64,000 nucleotides of DNA from Candidatus Micrarchaeota archaeon (GTDB taxonomy: Archaea; Micrarchaeota; Micrarchaeia; Norongarragalinales; UBA8480), in the NCBI GenBank assembly GCA_021812145.1, contig JAKAOM010000003.1:11737-75736 (forward strand), written 5' to 3'. The notes beneath the pieces were generated by a model, which did no database searches, was not told where the DNA came from, and saw only the letters and a list, made by a program, of their open reading frames with translations. Made by a program: the position numbers and the translations under genes. Shown here piece by piece: positions 1-10,781 of this stretch. Position 1 is the first letter of the stretch. Each line of letters starts with the position of its first letter.

Positions 1-2
1 GA

Positions 3-2393
3 ATGCTTGTAGATTTCGTAGGGATTAAAAACAGCAATGGCACTTACACCACAGCGCTGGTTGCAGGCGAGAATTACTCTTTTGATTTTTATCTGGCCAG
101 GAGCGGGGCCGAAAGCGTTGGTTTGTATGTAAGAATTGGAGGAAGCGGAGGTTTTGATGGCGGTTCTATAAACGCCGGCGGTTTTTCAGGAAGTGGAGTT
201 GGTGTTGAATCCGGTGGTTTTTTGAGCGATCCCCAGCCTGAATGCGTTGATTTGAATTCATCCTATCAAGACAATGCAAAATGGGTTGAGCTTGTTTTCC
301 CCTCCAGCAGTCAGGATGTTCTAGTTCCCTTTACCGTTCAGTCCAACTTTTCAGGACAGCTTCAGGTTTTTTACCGAGGTTTTGGCTTGAAGGACGGCTT
401 TTATTCAAGAGAGCCTCAGGATCAGTTTTTGGGAGGTAATTTTTCATCCCCTTCTATTGCCGAGTGCTACGCTCAAACTTTGGAAAAGGATTTTCTGGTT
501 ATCCAGCCTAACGTTACCTCTTCCAATCAGAGTGGAACCGTTTTCTTCAATTCCTCCTCTTATCAGAATGGGGATTATGTTTTTTACAAGCAGGGGGTTG
601 GAATTTCAAGCGCCAGCGGAAGCTTGAATTATTCAATGCAAGCCGACCCTGTAATGCCTGGAGATGTATTCAATTTAAGCCTGGAGCACGACGCTAACTG
701 CAATATATTGGTTGGAAACTTCAGCGGGGCAGACTCTGGCTGTTTTACCTATAACAACAGCAATGGATTCGTGGCTTTCATCGCTTCCCCGTTGAACAAG
801 AATTGCCCTGTTAAGGTTGAAGGCAACAGTTTTATTGACTCTTCAGGGCCTGTGTCAAGCGTTACCGCCCTTTTGAAGCTTGGAGCCACCTGTAATGTCA
901 ATGTTGGTGGGTATGCTAGCTTCACGGTTAATTTGGCTAGCATTCCTAGTTTTTATCTTCTTCCTCAAACCAGCGATTGGAATGGAGGCCCTGGCTTGAA
1001 TTATCTTGAAAGCGAGTTGCAGGGTTCGAGAGTTTTAAACGTAAACGGGTTTAACTTTTCATTCTCCTCTCCGGGAGTTCAGGCTTTCCAGTGGAGCGGC
1101 AACGGCACTTTAAGCGTTGGGGAGAACGGCTTGGAAATTTCATCTCAAACCTATTCATCCAACGGATCTTCTTTTCTCGCTTCAGGCAACAGCATTATAG
1201 GATCTATTCAGAATTCCTGCAGCGACCAGTTTTGCTGCGCTTCAGGCTGGTGCCAGAACTCAACCTTCAATTCAATGCTTTCATTTTTCAATTCAAGCGT
1301 TTCTTCTCTTGCAAATCAAACTGTATTCAGAAGAGGTTCGGGTCTTCCCTTTGACTATTTTTACCCTTCTTCAAACGCTAGTTTTTACACGGTTGCTCAG
1401 TTAAGCCAGGGCGTTTCCAATGGCTGCGGAGGCAAACCAGGAGTTTTTTCAGTGTCGCTTTCGTCTTTTAACGGAAGCAATTGGACTTTGGCTTTAAACC
1501 CGTTAAACCTTTCCACAAGCTTGAACGAAAACTGTAATTCAACCCAGCTTTGCGGTTTCATAAGCGGTTTGAACGGATGCGTGCAATCTTCATCCAACTC
1601 AACTCCCCTTACCTTAGACCAGCTTCAAAAGCTTACCTTCAATCTTGTCAATTGCATGTACCCTGTATTTCACGGCGCTCCTGTATGCTATGCTTACTAC
1701 AGCGCTTTCTTCCCAAGAATAGAGCTTGGAATTATCACCTCAACTTCTTCTTTAACGCCTGGAGAAAACGTGGCTTCAAAGCTTAGAAATTCTTTATTCC
1801 AGGCTAGCAACGTTAATTTTGACTTGTTCAAGAATTTCGGCCAGAATACTCTAGACTGCAACATTCCCGTTGACTTTCCGACTGCTCTTGTAACCAAAAC
1901 TGTTTCATCATCTTTATGCGCTTCGTCTCAAACTCCGCCAGCCCCAGCGCCAAGCCAAAATTCAGTGCCTTCTGGATGCAGCGCTGAAAAAACAGCTACG
2001 CAGGACAGTTCTATAGCTAAGTTTTTCTCCACTCTAGCTCAGGGAAGCCAGGGCAACGCTGTCTTCAACTCGTTGAATTCCCTTGTGGCGGTCTACTGCA
2101 CTTCTGGAACTGCTGTATGCTGCACTCCCAAGCAGGGTTCGATTCTGCTCAGCGTTAAGGACAATCAGATTTACCTGATGATCGCGTGGGGGGTTAACGC
2201 GAATTGCAACCCTGTATTTCCATTGACCAGCGGAAGTCTTTCAAGCCTTTGCAATTGGGGCACGAGCATTGGAGGTGCTTTGATGAGCTACATGTCTTCC
2301 AACGGCGCTGACTTTGAGATGAGTTTGTCCAGCACTGACTTCGCTCCAAATTCTCCTTCTTCAACACCTGCTAAATCGTCTACTTCTAAGTAA
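3..2393 (+). CDS. Secreted Ser/Asn/Gly/Cys-rich surface protein (5' end may lie outside window)
   Basis: 796-aa ORF open from the window edge. It has dozens of N-x-S/T sequons, many Cys and no TM helix. Function is unknown. Confidence 0.6.
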   Translation: MLVDFVGIKNSNGTYTTALVAGENYSFDFYLARSGAESVGLYVRIGGSGGFDGGSINAGGFSGSGVGVESGGFLSDPQPECVDLNSSYQDNAKWVELVFPSSSQDVLVPFTVQSNFSGQLQVFYRGFGLKDGFYSREPQDQFLGGNFSSPSIAECYAQTLEKDFLVIQPNVTSSNQSGTVFFNSSSYQNGDYVFYKQGVGISSASGSLNYSMQADPVMPGDVFNLSLEHDANCNILVGNFSGADSGCFTYNNSNGFVAFIASPLNKNCPVKVEGNSFIDSSGPVSSVTALLKLGATCNVNVGGYASFTVNLASIPSFYLLPQTSDWNGGPGLNYLESELQGSRVLNVNGFNFSFSSPGVQAFQWSGNGTLSVGENGLEISSQTYSSNGSSFLASGNSIIGSIQNSCSDQFCCASGWCQNSTFNSMLSFFNSSVSSLANQTVFRRGSGLPFDYFYPSSNASFYTVAQLSQGVSNGCGGKPGVFSVSLSSFNGSNWTLALNPLNLSTSLNENCNSTQLCGFISGLNGCVQSSSNSTPLTLDQLQKLTFNLVNCMYPVFHGAPVCYAYYSAFFPRIELGIITSTSSLTPGENVASKLRNSLFQASNVNFDLFKNFGQNTLDCNIPVDFPTALVTKTVSSSLCASSQTPPAPAPSQNSVPSGCSAEKTATQDSSIAKFFSTLAQGSQGNAVFNSLNSLVAVYCTSGTAVCCTPKQGSILLSVKDNQIYLMIAWGVNANCNPVFPLTSGSLSSLCNWGTSIGGALMSYMSSNGADFEMSLSSTDFAPNSPSSTPAKSSTSK

Positions 2394-2452
2394 GTGTTGA
2401 ATTAAGAAAAAGCCATTCTGGAGGGTTTTGTACGAAGGGAATAGAATTTTGT

Positions 2453-3160
2453 TTAGTTCTGATTTTTGTTTTTTATAAGCTCGTCGTCGGCCCTTTTAAG
2501 CGCCTGCATTGAATCGTTGTTTATTTCGGAAACACCGTAGGTTATGCTTGAATTTGTTTTGCTAAGCGTTTTTTCCTTTATTCTCGCTATTATCTTTTCA
2601 GCTTCTACCTGGCTTGTCTCAGGCATTATCACCAGGAACTCGTCTCCTCCGAACCTTCCCATAAAATCGGTTTTTCTCAGGCTTTCTTTTATTTTTTCAG
2701 CCACTTCCCTAAGCTTTTCATCTCCTTTCAAATGCCCGTTCTTGTCGTTGAATTTCTTGAAATCGTCCAAGTCTATCATTACCACTGAACCGCTCTTGGT
2801 TTTTTCAAGTGTTTTTTCTATCCTCCCCCTGCTCAGCGTTTGTGTTAAGTGGTCAGTGCTAGCCTCTTTTTCAAGGCTTTCCATAACTTCGGCTGAATCC
2901 ATCGCCTCCTTGAATTTTAATGCTGCCTTTCTGAATGCTTGAATGTGGTTTTCGTTTAGATCCTCTTTTTGCAGCAGGATTGTTCCGTCTGGGGTGGATA
3001 GCGCTGATTGGGTTATTATTATTGAAGCGTGGGGGCAGGCTGCGAATTTTTTTTCATAGTTGCAGTCCGTGCAGTGTGTTTTGCATTGTATTTCCTTTTT
3101 ATGCTCGCAGTACACTGCAGCTTCGTTTTCGCATTGACTGCATTTCATTTTGTTTTCCAC
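2453..3160 (-). CDS. GGDEF-domain diguanylate cyclase with Cys/His-rich N-terminal zinc-finger-like region
   Basis: Motifs DHLTQTLSRG, IDLDDFKKFND..GHLKGD and GRFGGDEFLVIM are present. RKTD lies 5 residues before GGDEF (RxxD I-site). The N-terminus reads CSQC..CEH..CKTHCTDC..CPH. Confidence 0.8.
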   Translation of the reverse strand: MENKMKCSQCENEAAVYCEHKKEIQCKTHCTDCNYEKKFAACPHASIIITQSALSTPDGTILLQKEDLNENHIQAFRKAALKFKEAMDSAEVMESLEKEASTDHLTQTLSRGRIEKTLEKTKSGSVVMIDLDDFKKFNDKNGHLKGDEKLREVAEKIKESLRKTDFMGRFGGDEFLVIMPETSQVEAEKIIARIKEKTLSKTNSSITYGVSEINNDSMQALKRADDELIKNKNQN

Positions 3161-3225
3161 GTTTTTTCCAAGGTTTTATGTTTAGTTTGAGTTTTTTAAT
3201 AATTTAAAAGTAAAAAAATAAAAAT

Positions 3226-3249
3226 AGCGCGGGTGTTTTTTCCCGCGCT
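3226..3249 (-). terminator. GC-rich hairpin followed by a T-run (minus strand) downstream of ftsZ
   Basis: AGCGCGGG-N8-CCCGCGCT is a perfect 8-bp stem. On the minus strand it is followed by TATTTTTATTTTTTT. Confidence 0.5.
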
Positions 3250-3260
3250 TTGTTTTGTTT

Positions 3261-4322
3261 TTAGAACTGAACTGACTGCATTTGGTATGGGGCGGTTTCC
3301 TTTGACTTCGAGGTTTGGCCTCCTACCAATTGGTCGCTGTTTACTCCGGTTAGAACCGCGGTAACCTGAACAGAGTCTCCCTGGTCTTCGGTTATTCTGG
3401 CTCCCCATTTCACGTAGGCGTGGTCGTCGAAGTTGTTGGTTATTCCCTCTCCGATCTTTACAGCGTCTCCAAGGCTAAGCGATTTGGAGTTTCCTGATAT
3501 TAGGATAAGGGCTCCTTTCGCTCCGGCGGTTTCGACGTCAAGCAGCGGGTGCGATAGGGTTGAGTCTATTGCGTCCTGCACCTTGTTTGACCCTTTTCCC
3601 TCCCCGACGCTTATCATTGAAACGTCACCGGTTGAAACTATCATTTTTACGTCGGCGAAGTCGATGTTCATAAGGCTTGGAAGCATTATAGTGTCTGATA
3701 TTCCCTTGACGCTTTTTGACAGAAGAGTGTCGGCTACCTGGAATGCCTGGTTCATTGGAAGGTTTGGAACATAGCTTACCAACTTGTTGTTGTCAACTAT
3801 GATTACCGTGTCGCAGGCTTTTCTCATCTGTTCCAATCCCCAGTCGGCTTTTTCAAGTCTCGCTCTTTCAAGTGCGAACGGGAAGGTGACGACTCCTATA
3901 GTTATAGCTCCTATTTTTTTCGCCACTTCAGCCACTACTGGGGCGGCTCCTGTTCCGGTTCCTCCTCCCAGTCCTGTTGTGACGAATACAAGCTCGCTTC
4001 CGTCAAGTGATTCAGCTATGTTTTCTCTTGCTCCTTCGGCTGCTCTTTGCCCGACTTCAGGGTAGCCTCCAGCTCCCATTCCCTTTGTTATGCTGGCGCC
4101 TATAAGCATTTTCTTGTCGGCGTTTATTTGTTTCAAATGATTAGCATCGGTGTTTATCGCTATTGTTTTAGCGCTTTGTATTCCCATTGATTTGAGTCTG
4201 TGCACTGTGTTGGTGCCTCCTCCTCCTACTCCAACGACGGAGATTTTTATTTCCTCTGGCTTGAACTCTCTTTTTTGAGCGGATTGAGAGTTTTGAAGAG
4301 CGCTTGCAATCAAACTTTCCAT
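3261..4322 (-). CDS. ftsZ: Cell division GTPase FtsZ (paralog A)
   Basis: Tubulin signature [21 protein letters not shown]-terminal [18 protein letters not shown] and DTVIIVDNNKL. Confidence 0.95.
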   Translation of the reverse strand: MESLIASALQNSQSAQKREFKPEEIKISVVGVGGGGTNTVHRLKSMGIQSAKTIAINTDANHLKQINADKKMLIGASITKGMGAGGYPEVGQRAAEGARENIAESLDGSELVFVTTGLGGGTGTGAAPVVAEVAKKIGAITIGVVTFPFALERARLEKADWGLEQMRKACDTVIIVDNNKLVSYVPNLPMNQAFQVADTLLSKSVKGISDTIMLPSLMNIDFADVKMIVSTGDVSMISVGEGKGSNKVQDAIDSTLSHPLLDVETAGAKGALILISGNSKSLSLGDAVKIGEGITNNFDDHAYVKWGARITEDQGDSVQVTAVLTGVNSDQLVGGQTSKSKETAPYQMQSVQF

Positions 4323-4416
4323 TTATATCACCTTATTATTTTTTTTCGGAAAGCTTCCAACAACTAACCCTTGAAATTCGCTTTCCTTTGGTGGGTTTTT
4401 AAAAAAATAAAAAATC

Positions 4417-5490
4417 TTATCCTATAACTTCAATGTCGTAGCCAGGCTCTCTCTCCACTTTTTTTTCAACATGGCCTACTATGTTGGAGCTTTTGACTCC
4501 GGTGACTATGGCGGTTATTTCTATCTTGCCGTCGAATTCAGGCACCAGTCTGGCTCCCCATTTCACGTTGGCGTCTACGTCCATTCTCTCTGTTATCAAT
4601 TCTCCTGCTTTTATCGCATCTCCCAGGGTTAGGTCAGCTCCTCCAGCAATGTGGATTATGGCTCCCTTTGCTCCTTCGAAGTCAACGTCAAGAAGCCTGT
4701 TTTTCAGAACTCCTTCAACCGCGTCTTCTACTTTTGAAGCTCCCTTTCCTGTTCCGACTGCTATCATTCCAACATCTCCGTGGCCCATGATGGCTCTGAC
4801 GTCGGCGAAGTCGATGTTTACAAGAGAAGGCTGTGTTATGGTGAATACAAGCCCTCCGATTGCTTTTCCGAGTATTTCGTCAGCAACCAAGAACGCCTGG
4901 TTCATTGGAAGGTTTGGAACTATTTGAACCAACCTGTTGTTGTCAAGTATTATTACCGAATCTGCTATTTGCCTTAGCCTGTTTATTCCCTCGTCTGCTT
5001 TTCTCACCCTTGCTCTTTCCAAAGCGAACGGGTAGGTTACCATTGCGACTACTATAGCTCCCTGCTCTTTTGCCACTTCTGCAACTATTGGGGCGGCTCC
5101 TGTTCCGGTTCCTCCTCCCATTCCTGCAGTCAAGAAGACCAAGTGTGATCCTTTCAAAGCTTCTTCAATTGCACCTCTGTCAACCTCAGCGCATTTTGCC
5201 CCGACTTCAGGAAACCCTCCGGCGCCAAGTCCTTTTGTGATGCTTTTTCCTATCAATATTTTCTTGATGCTGTCGTCAAGTATTTGGAAGTGCTGTTTGT
5301 CTGTGTTTACTGCGATTAAATCGGCTCCTTTTATTCCGATTTTTTTAAGTCTGTTTACGGTGTTGTTTCCTCCTCCTCCGACTCCGACTACGTTTATTTT
5401 AATCTGATCCGTGTCGTTGTTGTTTGACGCGCTGGAAGAGTAGTTTTTTGACAGCGCGCTTTTGACGATATCGTCCATCATGTTGTCCAT
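4417..5490 (-). CDS. ftsZ: Cell division GTPase FtsZ (paralog B)
   Basis: [38 protein letters not shown]. It is clearly paralogous to 3261..4322. Confidence 0.95.
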   Translation of the reverse strand: MDNMMDDIVKSALSKNYSSSASNNNDTDQIKINVVGVGGGGNNTVNRLKKIGIKGADLIAVNTDKQHFQILDDSIKKILIGKSITKGLGAGGFPEVGAKCAEVDRGAIEEALKGSHLVFLTAGMGGGTGTGAAPIVAEVAKEQGAIVVAMVTYPFALERARVRKADEGINRLRQIADSVIILDNNRLVQIVPNLPMNQAFLVADEILGKAIGGLVFTITQPSLVNIDFADVRAIMGHGDVGMIAVGTGKGASKVEDAVEGVLKNRLLDVDFEGAKGAIIHIAGGADLTLGDAIKAGELITERMDVDANVKWGARLVPEFDGKIEITAIVTGVKSSNIVGHVEKKVEREPGYDIEVIG

Positions 5491-5669
5491 TTATAAAATC
5501 ACCTTAAATGTTAATGTATTTTTTTTATAGGATAACATTTAAAAGCTTTTTGTTGTTAAAAATATATTAAAAATTTTAAAAATGGTTTTTCATATCATTT
5601 TTTGAATTTTTTATTTTTTTTGATATTTTTATATATTGTTGAATATTTTTTTAAATGGTGGTTTTAAAA

Positions 5670-5837
5670 ATGGCGGATTCGGAAAGTTTTCTTTTGACCG
5701 TTCCAGTTGACTGGAATTTGAACATTTACGCTACCGACAAGAGGAAATTCGGAAGCATTCAGGACTATGTTAGAGAGCTGATAAGACGAGACATAGAAGC
5801 TTTTGAAAAAGAAGAGAACAACAACAAGAAGGCGTAA
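5670..5837 (+). CDS. Small ribbon-helix-helix-like protein (CopG/ParD-like C-terminal motif), function uncertain
   Basis: The ATG at 5670 gives MADSESF... The motif SIQDYVRELIRRDIEAFEKEE resembles RHH antitoxin/regulator helices. No partner toxin is present. Confidence 0.35.
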   Translation: MADSESFLLTVPVDWNLNIYATDKRKFGSIQDYVRELIRRDIEAFEKEENNNKKA

Positions 5838-5909
5838 TTTTAATTTTTTCATAGGTAAAATTCTTATTTTATTTCCTGAAAAGAAAAAAAATAGTGCTTA
5901 AATAAAAAT

Positions 5910-8900
5910 TCACAAATACTGTGATAATTGGAATTGCTGTTGCGGTTCTTTCTTGAACGTGTCGTCTATTTCTTTTTTTATGAGTTCAAGCCTCTGCTGA
6001 AGGTATTTTGGAGTATTGTACTGCGCCGCTATTTTTTGCGACACTTCCATGTATTTTTCTATTCCCCCTTTGTTTATGGTAAGTATTATTTTTCCCCCGC
6101 ATTTTTCGCATTTTCCCTTTAGCGGAGGTCTTCTGTAGTGGTTGTTGCAGTCGACGCACCTGAATTCCTGGGATCCGAACGAGTGGAGGTTTCCGTACAA
6201 GTCGGGAAGGAAGTGCGACGTTATTATTTTTTCAACCGCCTTTGAAAGATTAACCGCCTTTATTTTTTTCATCAATTCAATCTCCGCGTTTATTTTTTCG
6301 TTCATGTTTTCGAATTTAACGTAGCTTGTTGTCGTGGGACCTTCGAATTCTGTTTCGTGAGTGTATCTTATTCCTTTGAAAGGTTCGTCTTTCAGTTTGT
6401 CGTTTATTGTTTTTATCTTCACGTCCGAAGGGTTGATGTTTTGAAGCGTTGCTTCGTAGAATTCAAGAGGGTAGCTGTCGCACACGTCCATCGCGTAAAC
6501 CTCGTCGTCTACCTCCATAGGATTAAGGTTTGTTGTTAGTATGAGCGGCGCGTCCATCTGCCCTCCTCTCGTTGTCGGCAGGTAGGATTTTGAAAAGTTG
6601 AGAAGCGCGTCAAGCATTAGCATCGAGCCGGCCTCGTCACCGTCCGCGTTTCTTCTTATCGCGCAGTGAAGGTAGGGGTGGGCTATTATCCCCCTTATTT
6701 TTGTGAATCCGATTATTCTTGTAACCACCCCTGCGCTTATGTGCGGGGCTATAGTTATCATGTACTGCCCTATAACGTCCTGAATAGTATTCGCGTTGTA
6801 GAATCTTGAAAGGTTGTACTGGTATTCTAAAAGATCGTCGACGAATTTAGTTATTTTCAGCAGGTACTCTGCAGTGTATTCAGACACTATGACGTCCTGC
6901 GGGTTTAGCTCTATCACCTGATCTGTGTTTTCAATCGGCTTTCCGTTTGCGTCTTCCGAGTAGCCCAGCTCTTTTATCTTTTCAACGCTTGTCCCGGTCT
7001 CTTTTATTTTGAAGTGCGTAGCGGGTATTTCCATCGCGTCGAGTCTTATCGTTCCGTCCCTGAAAACGCTTAAATCGTATTTGGCTCTCAGCACTCCCTT
7101 TTCAAGTCTTTCAGCTATTTTGTCCCTTGATATCAACCCTTCCACTCCCTTTATTTCAGGCGGGATGAACGCTGTTTTTTTGAATGCCTTTTCCAGCTCT
7201 GCCTTTAGGTTCACGATCTGCTCTCCGTGCGATGCTGTTTCGGTTTCGCATTTAGGGCATTTTTTTGATTGGGTTATTACCCCGCATTTTGGGCATTTCC
7301 TCGTCTCTATAGTGGGCTTCTGGCAGTTTAGGCAGGTTTGCTGGCTTGTTTGCTGTTTGCATTGCGGGCAAATCCTGTAGGCGATGTCTACCGTTACGCT
7401 TTCTTTTTTCGTCAGGCTTCTCGCCTTGCCTCCTGTTTTTCCCATCGGGAAAAGCACGTGCACCGGCGGCTTCATTTTTCTTTCCTTCGCCTTTTCAGGC
7501 CTTCCCATGCTGGCGCCTATGTAAATGCCGGTCTTCTTCATTATTTTAATCCCGCTGGCTTTTTCCAGAATTGCAATCGAGTCCTGCTCTTCTATTTCAA
7601 TTATTTTTTTTGAGTTTATTTTGTTTCCCTCAAGAACGCCTAGAGTGTTGAGAAGCGCGAGCGCGTGGTCTTTTTGTATTATTGTTTCTTCCAGCTGCAG
7701 GTGGGGTATATTAAGCGTTTCAAGGATTTCTTCAACTCCCTTTTTTATTTTCAATTCCCTGAAGTCGAACCATTCGAAGCGCATGTTGGAATTTTTTTCA
7801 AGGTGTTCAGCCAGTTTTTTTATTTCTTCTACCGTTAGATCGTGCCATTTGTAAGTATATTTAGGCGCCAGCGGAATTCCTTTTTTTGCAATTTCAAACG
7901 CCTCTGCAAAGTTCATTTTTTTTATTTCTTCAATTGTTTTTTTGACTCCGTTTTTTTCAAGAACCTGAATATACCATTCGTCGCACCAGCTTGCCGGTGC
8001 AAGAGGATGGTTTGCTTTTAGAAAATCCCCATAATTTACAAGCAAGTCCCCTAGGCTCAGTATTTCAGCAACTTCTTTTTTCGTTTTTTCCGCCTCCTCT
8101 ATTGTGTTTATTGTCTTGACCTCCCCTGATTTGGTTTTAATCGTGGGGCCGTCTATCGTGGTGCAGGGAGTGAGCGTGCATGCCTTTCCCGGCCTTTCTA
8201 TTTTCATCTGCGTTCCTATTACTGGAAATTCTTCGAGTATTATCATTGTTGCCGGGTTTATCGCTTTTGCTGCTATCCCTGTGAATCTGGTTCTCCCGTA
8301 TCTGAGAGTGAACCCTCCCTTTGTCATAGGATAGGAGAATATCGGCCTGCCTGCGACTATCTCGTTCAGATATTTTTCAACCGGTTTTATTTTTGTTTTT
8401 GATTCTTCTGTTTTTGCAACTTTTACTATTTTTTCAATCCATTTCCAATCCAGTCCGAAATTTTTGGATATTTTTATGACTTTGAGCGCTTTAAGGCATA
8501 TCCCCTCGCTTATAACCAAGCACATTCCCCCTCTTACCTTGTTTGTTTCAACATTGAGCGTGTTCTGATGCACCGAAACTTCATAATCCTCTGTTGGCTC
8601 TCCTGTTATACACACGCTGCAGCTTGAAATCACGTGCTTTACCTCTTCTTCAGTTGGGTTGTATTGTCCGACTCTTGTCCTTGCAGCGTAGAGGTTCGTT
8701 TCTTCAGCGTATCTTTCAAGCTCTCCTTCGGTTGGCCTGTAATTAGAGATTCCCAGCTTTATTCTGCAATAATCTGTTAATATAACCGAGAATGCCTGTC
8801 CTGTTCCACCAGCTCCTCTTATAGGCCCTGAAAAGTATATTGCAGCGTACTCGCTGCCGTCCGGGTTTTTTTTTATTTCCACCTTGGAAATTCCTTCGAT

Positions 8901-9242
8901 TGGCGCGCTCACCACCGCTTCTGTGAAAAGCGCCAGACCGGTCCTAACCGCCTGCTCTAAAAGCTGCTGTTTTTCACCCTGCATTATTTTTTGGTTTATT
9001 ATCAAATCCGTTACGCTTTTTATTATCTCCTCCCTTGGTTTTTCTTTCATTTCCCTTATGTAAACGCTGACTCCTGCTGGTCCTACTAGCCCTTCCACTC
9101 TTGAGGCAAGGTCCTGCGTTGGAATAACCTCGACGTGGCTTGCCGCGTCTAGTCCTTTTGCCCTTGCCTTTTCCGCTATCGAGTAGAGCTTTTTCACCTG
9201 CGCGCTTATTTCTTCAGAATAAATTGCTTCTTTCATTTTCAA
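5910..9242 (-). CDS. polC: DNA polymerase II (PolD) large subunit DP2
   Basis: 1110 aa with a typical DP2 N-terminus, Cys clusters (CPQC..CLNC, CPKCG..CPKC, CVDC..CEKCGG) and conserved blocks (GRPEKA, HPYLH, RRNADGDE). The track start is TTG at 9242; an ATG at 9236 is also possible. Confidence 0.95.
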   Translation of the reverse strand: MKMKEAIYSEEISAQVKKLYSIAEKARAKGLDAASHVEVIPTQDLASRVEGLVGPAGVSVYIREMKEKPREEIIKSVTDLIINQKIMQGEKQQLLEQAVRTGLALFTEAVVSAPIEGISKVEIKKNPDGSEYAAIYFSGPIRGAGGTGQAFSVILTDYCRIKLGISNYRPTEGELERYAEETNLYAARTRVGQYNPTEEEVKHVISSCSVCITGEPTEDYEVSVHQNTLNVETNKVRGGMCLVISEGICLKALKVIKISKNFGLDWKWIEKIVKVAKTEESKTKIKPVEKYLNEIVAGRPIFSYPMTKGGFTLRYGRTRFTGIAAKAINPATMIILEEFPVIGTQMKIERPGKACTLTPCTTIDGPTIKTKSGEVKTINTIEEAEKTKKEVAEILSLGDLLVNYGDFLKANHPLAPASWCDEWYIQVLEKNGVKKTIEEIKKMNFAEAFEIAKKGIPLAPKYTYKWHDLTVEEIKKLAEHLEKNSNMRFEWFDFRELKIKKGVEEILETLNIPHLQLEETIIQKDHALALLNTLGVLEGNKINSKKIIEIEEQDSIAILEKASGIKIMKKTGIYIGASMGRPEKAKERKMKPPVHVLFPMGKTGGKARSLTKKESVTVDIAYRICPQCKQQTSQQTCLNCQKPTIETRKCPKCGVITQSKKCPKCETETASHGEQIVNLKAELEKAFKKTAFIPPEIKGVEGLISRDKIAERLEKGVLRAKYDLSVFRDGTIRLDAMEIPATHFKIKETGTSVEKIKELGYSEDANGKPIENTDQVIELNPQDVIVSEYTAEYLLKITKFVDDLLEYQYNLSRFYNANTIQDVIGQYMITIAPHISAGVVTRIIGFTKIRGIIAHPYLHCAIRRNADGDEAGSMLMLDALLNFSKSYLPTTRGGQMDAPLILTTNLNPMEVDDEVYAMDVCDSYPLEFYEATLQNINPSDVKIKTINDKLKDEPFKGIRYTHETEFEGPTTTSYVKFENMNEKINAEIELMKKIKAVNLSKAVEKIITSHFLPDLYGNLHSFGSQEFRCVDCNNHYRRPPLKGKCEKCGGKIILTINKGGIEKYMEVSQKIAAQYNTPKYLQQRLELIKKEIDDTFKKEPQQQFQLSQYL

Positions 9243-10712
9243 TCATTTTTCAATATTTTCATCCGCCGCGAATTTTTCTATCTTAAGTATTCCCGTTCTC
9301 ATGTCATATATCGGCACTTCTCCCGGGCTTGGCGTTAACCCTCTCTTTATTTGGTTGCTTGTCGTTTTCTGCCAGCAGCCGCTGTTTACTACCGTGGTTC
9401 CCCTGTATTCCGCGTACCCCTTTTTGTGTATGTCCCCGAAGTGCATCACGTCCGGAATTTTGTCGTTGTCTATAACCATTTCAGAACCAGCGGGAACTAT
9501 AGGAGGTTTTGACCCGTATATAGGGTTCAACAGTCTTCTTTTCAGCATTTCAATAGCTGTTTTCTGCGGGCTTGTAAATCCGTCGCTTGCTTCCTGAATG
9601 TTTGATATGAGAGAATATTGCGAAGCTCCGTGATAAAGCAGCACTTTGATTCCGTGTATTTCAACAAATCCCGGATTGTTTATGAAGTGAAGATTTGAAT
9701 ATCCTTTTACAGATTTTATGTACTCGTCGTCTATTCTAGTCTGCGGTTCTGAAAGTCTCGAAGCGTCGTGGTTGCCTGGAGTTAGAATAACTTCTATGTA
9801 TTCGGGAATGCTTTTAAGGAACTCGCCCAGTATTTCGTACTGAAGGTAGATGTCGTTGTTTTCAAGGTCTTTTTCCTGCTCAGGGTAAGTTCCAATCCCG
9901 TCCACCAAATCTCCGGCTATTGTTATGTATTTTATTTTTTCATATGCCTTGTTTTCGGTCTTTCCGTTTAGAAACGATATGAACTTGGTGAACTCTTTCT
10001 TCATGAACAGCTTGCTTCCTATGTGAATGTCCGATATCATGGCCAGGCTTATGTCCTCCTCTGTTGTTTTTTTCTGCTTGTAGGGAATGTCGGGCCAGGT
10101 TATCGCTTCTATTATGAACAGGTCTTTTGACTGCTTTCCGTCTATAGCTATCACCTCGTCTGGGATGACCTGCCTAGCGCTTTCCATTATTTTAGAGTCT
10201 TTTCCTGCGAAGCATGTCAAAGTGTCTTCCTCGTCTTCTATTTCTATTATCATGTGTCCGTTCTTGGTTTGTTTTTTCGATTTGACCATTCCAATAACCC
10301 TTGTTTTTGCAAGGGTTTTCTTTGCTTTTTCTATTGTCGTTAGCGGGTTTGAGTTTATTCTGGTCGCAAGAGTACCTTTTAGCTTTTTGAACCTTTCCCT
10401 GAAATATTCGACAAAATCGCCGGTAGTGCCAAGCGTTTTTTTGTTCGTGAGGCTGTCTGGATGGATTTTAATGTTTCGGTCTACTTCTTTGGCGGCTATT
10501 TTTCTGCTAGGTTCTATCACAATTATTTTTTCTTCCAAATCTTGTATTGCTTTTTCTATGTCTTTTTTTTCAAGGTAGAATGAAGAAGTGTTTTTTGAAG
10601 CGTTTTCAAGCACTCTTTCAGGGCTTTCGCTGTTCAATATAAGCTGTATTTCCTCCCTTCCCGCGATCAGCTTTTTAGCCGCGAGGAACTCCACCACTTG
10701 CTTTTCCTCCAA
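9243..10712 (-). CDS. polB: DNA polymerase II (PolD) small subunit DP1 (calcineurin-like phosphoesterase domain)
   Basis: Motifs ISDIHIGS, AGDLVDG, PGNHD, YHG and FGDIHK. It directly abuts the DP2 start, so the two are probably translationally coupled. Confidence 0.9.
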   Translation of the reverse strand: MEEKQVVEFLAAKKLIAGREEIQLILNSESPERVLENASKNTSSFYLEKKDIEKAIQDLEEKIIVIEPSRKIAAKEVDRNIKIHPDSLTNKKTLGTTGDFVEYFRERFKKLKGTLATRINSNPLTTIEKAKKTLAKTRVIGMVKSKKQTKNGHMIIEIEDEEDTLTCFAGKDSKIMESARQVIPDEVIAIDGKQSKDLFIIEAITWPDIPYKQKKTTEEDISLAMISDIHIGSKLFMKKEFTKFISFLNGKTENKAYEKIKYITIAGDLVDGIGTYPEQEKDLENNDIYLQYEILGEFLKSIPEYIEVILTPGNHDASRLSEPQTRIDDEYIKSVKGYSNLHFINNPGFVEIHGIKVLLYHGASQYSLISNIQEASDGFTSPQKTAIEMLKRRLLNPIYGSKPPIVPAGSEMVIDNDKIPDVMHFGDIHKKGYAEYRGTTVVNSGCWQKTTSNQIKRGLTPSPGEVPIYDMRTGILKIEKFAADENIEK

Positions 10713-10781
10713 ATCTGAAACCCACCTTTTCCTGGAGGATTCAATGCTTTTTTTGTTGAAATCCTCTTCTGCTTTAAAATG

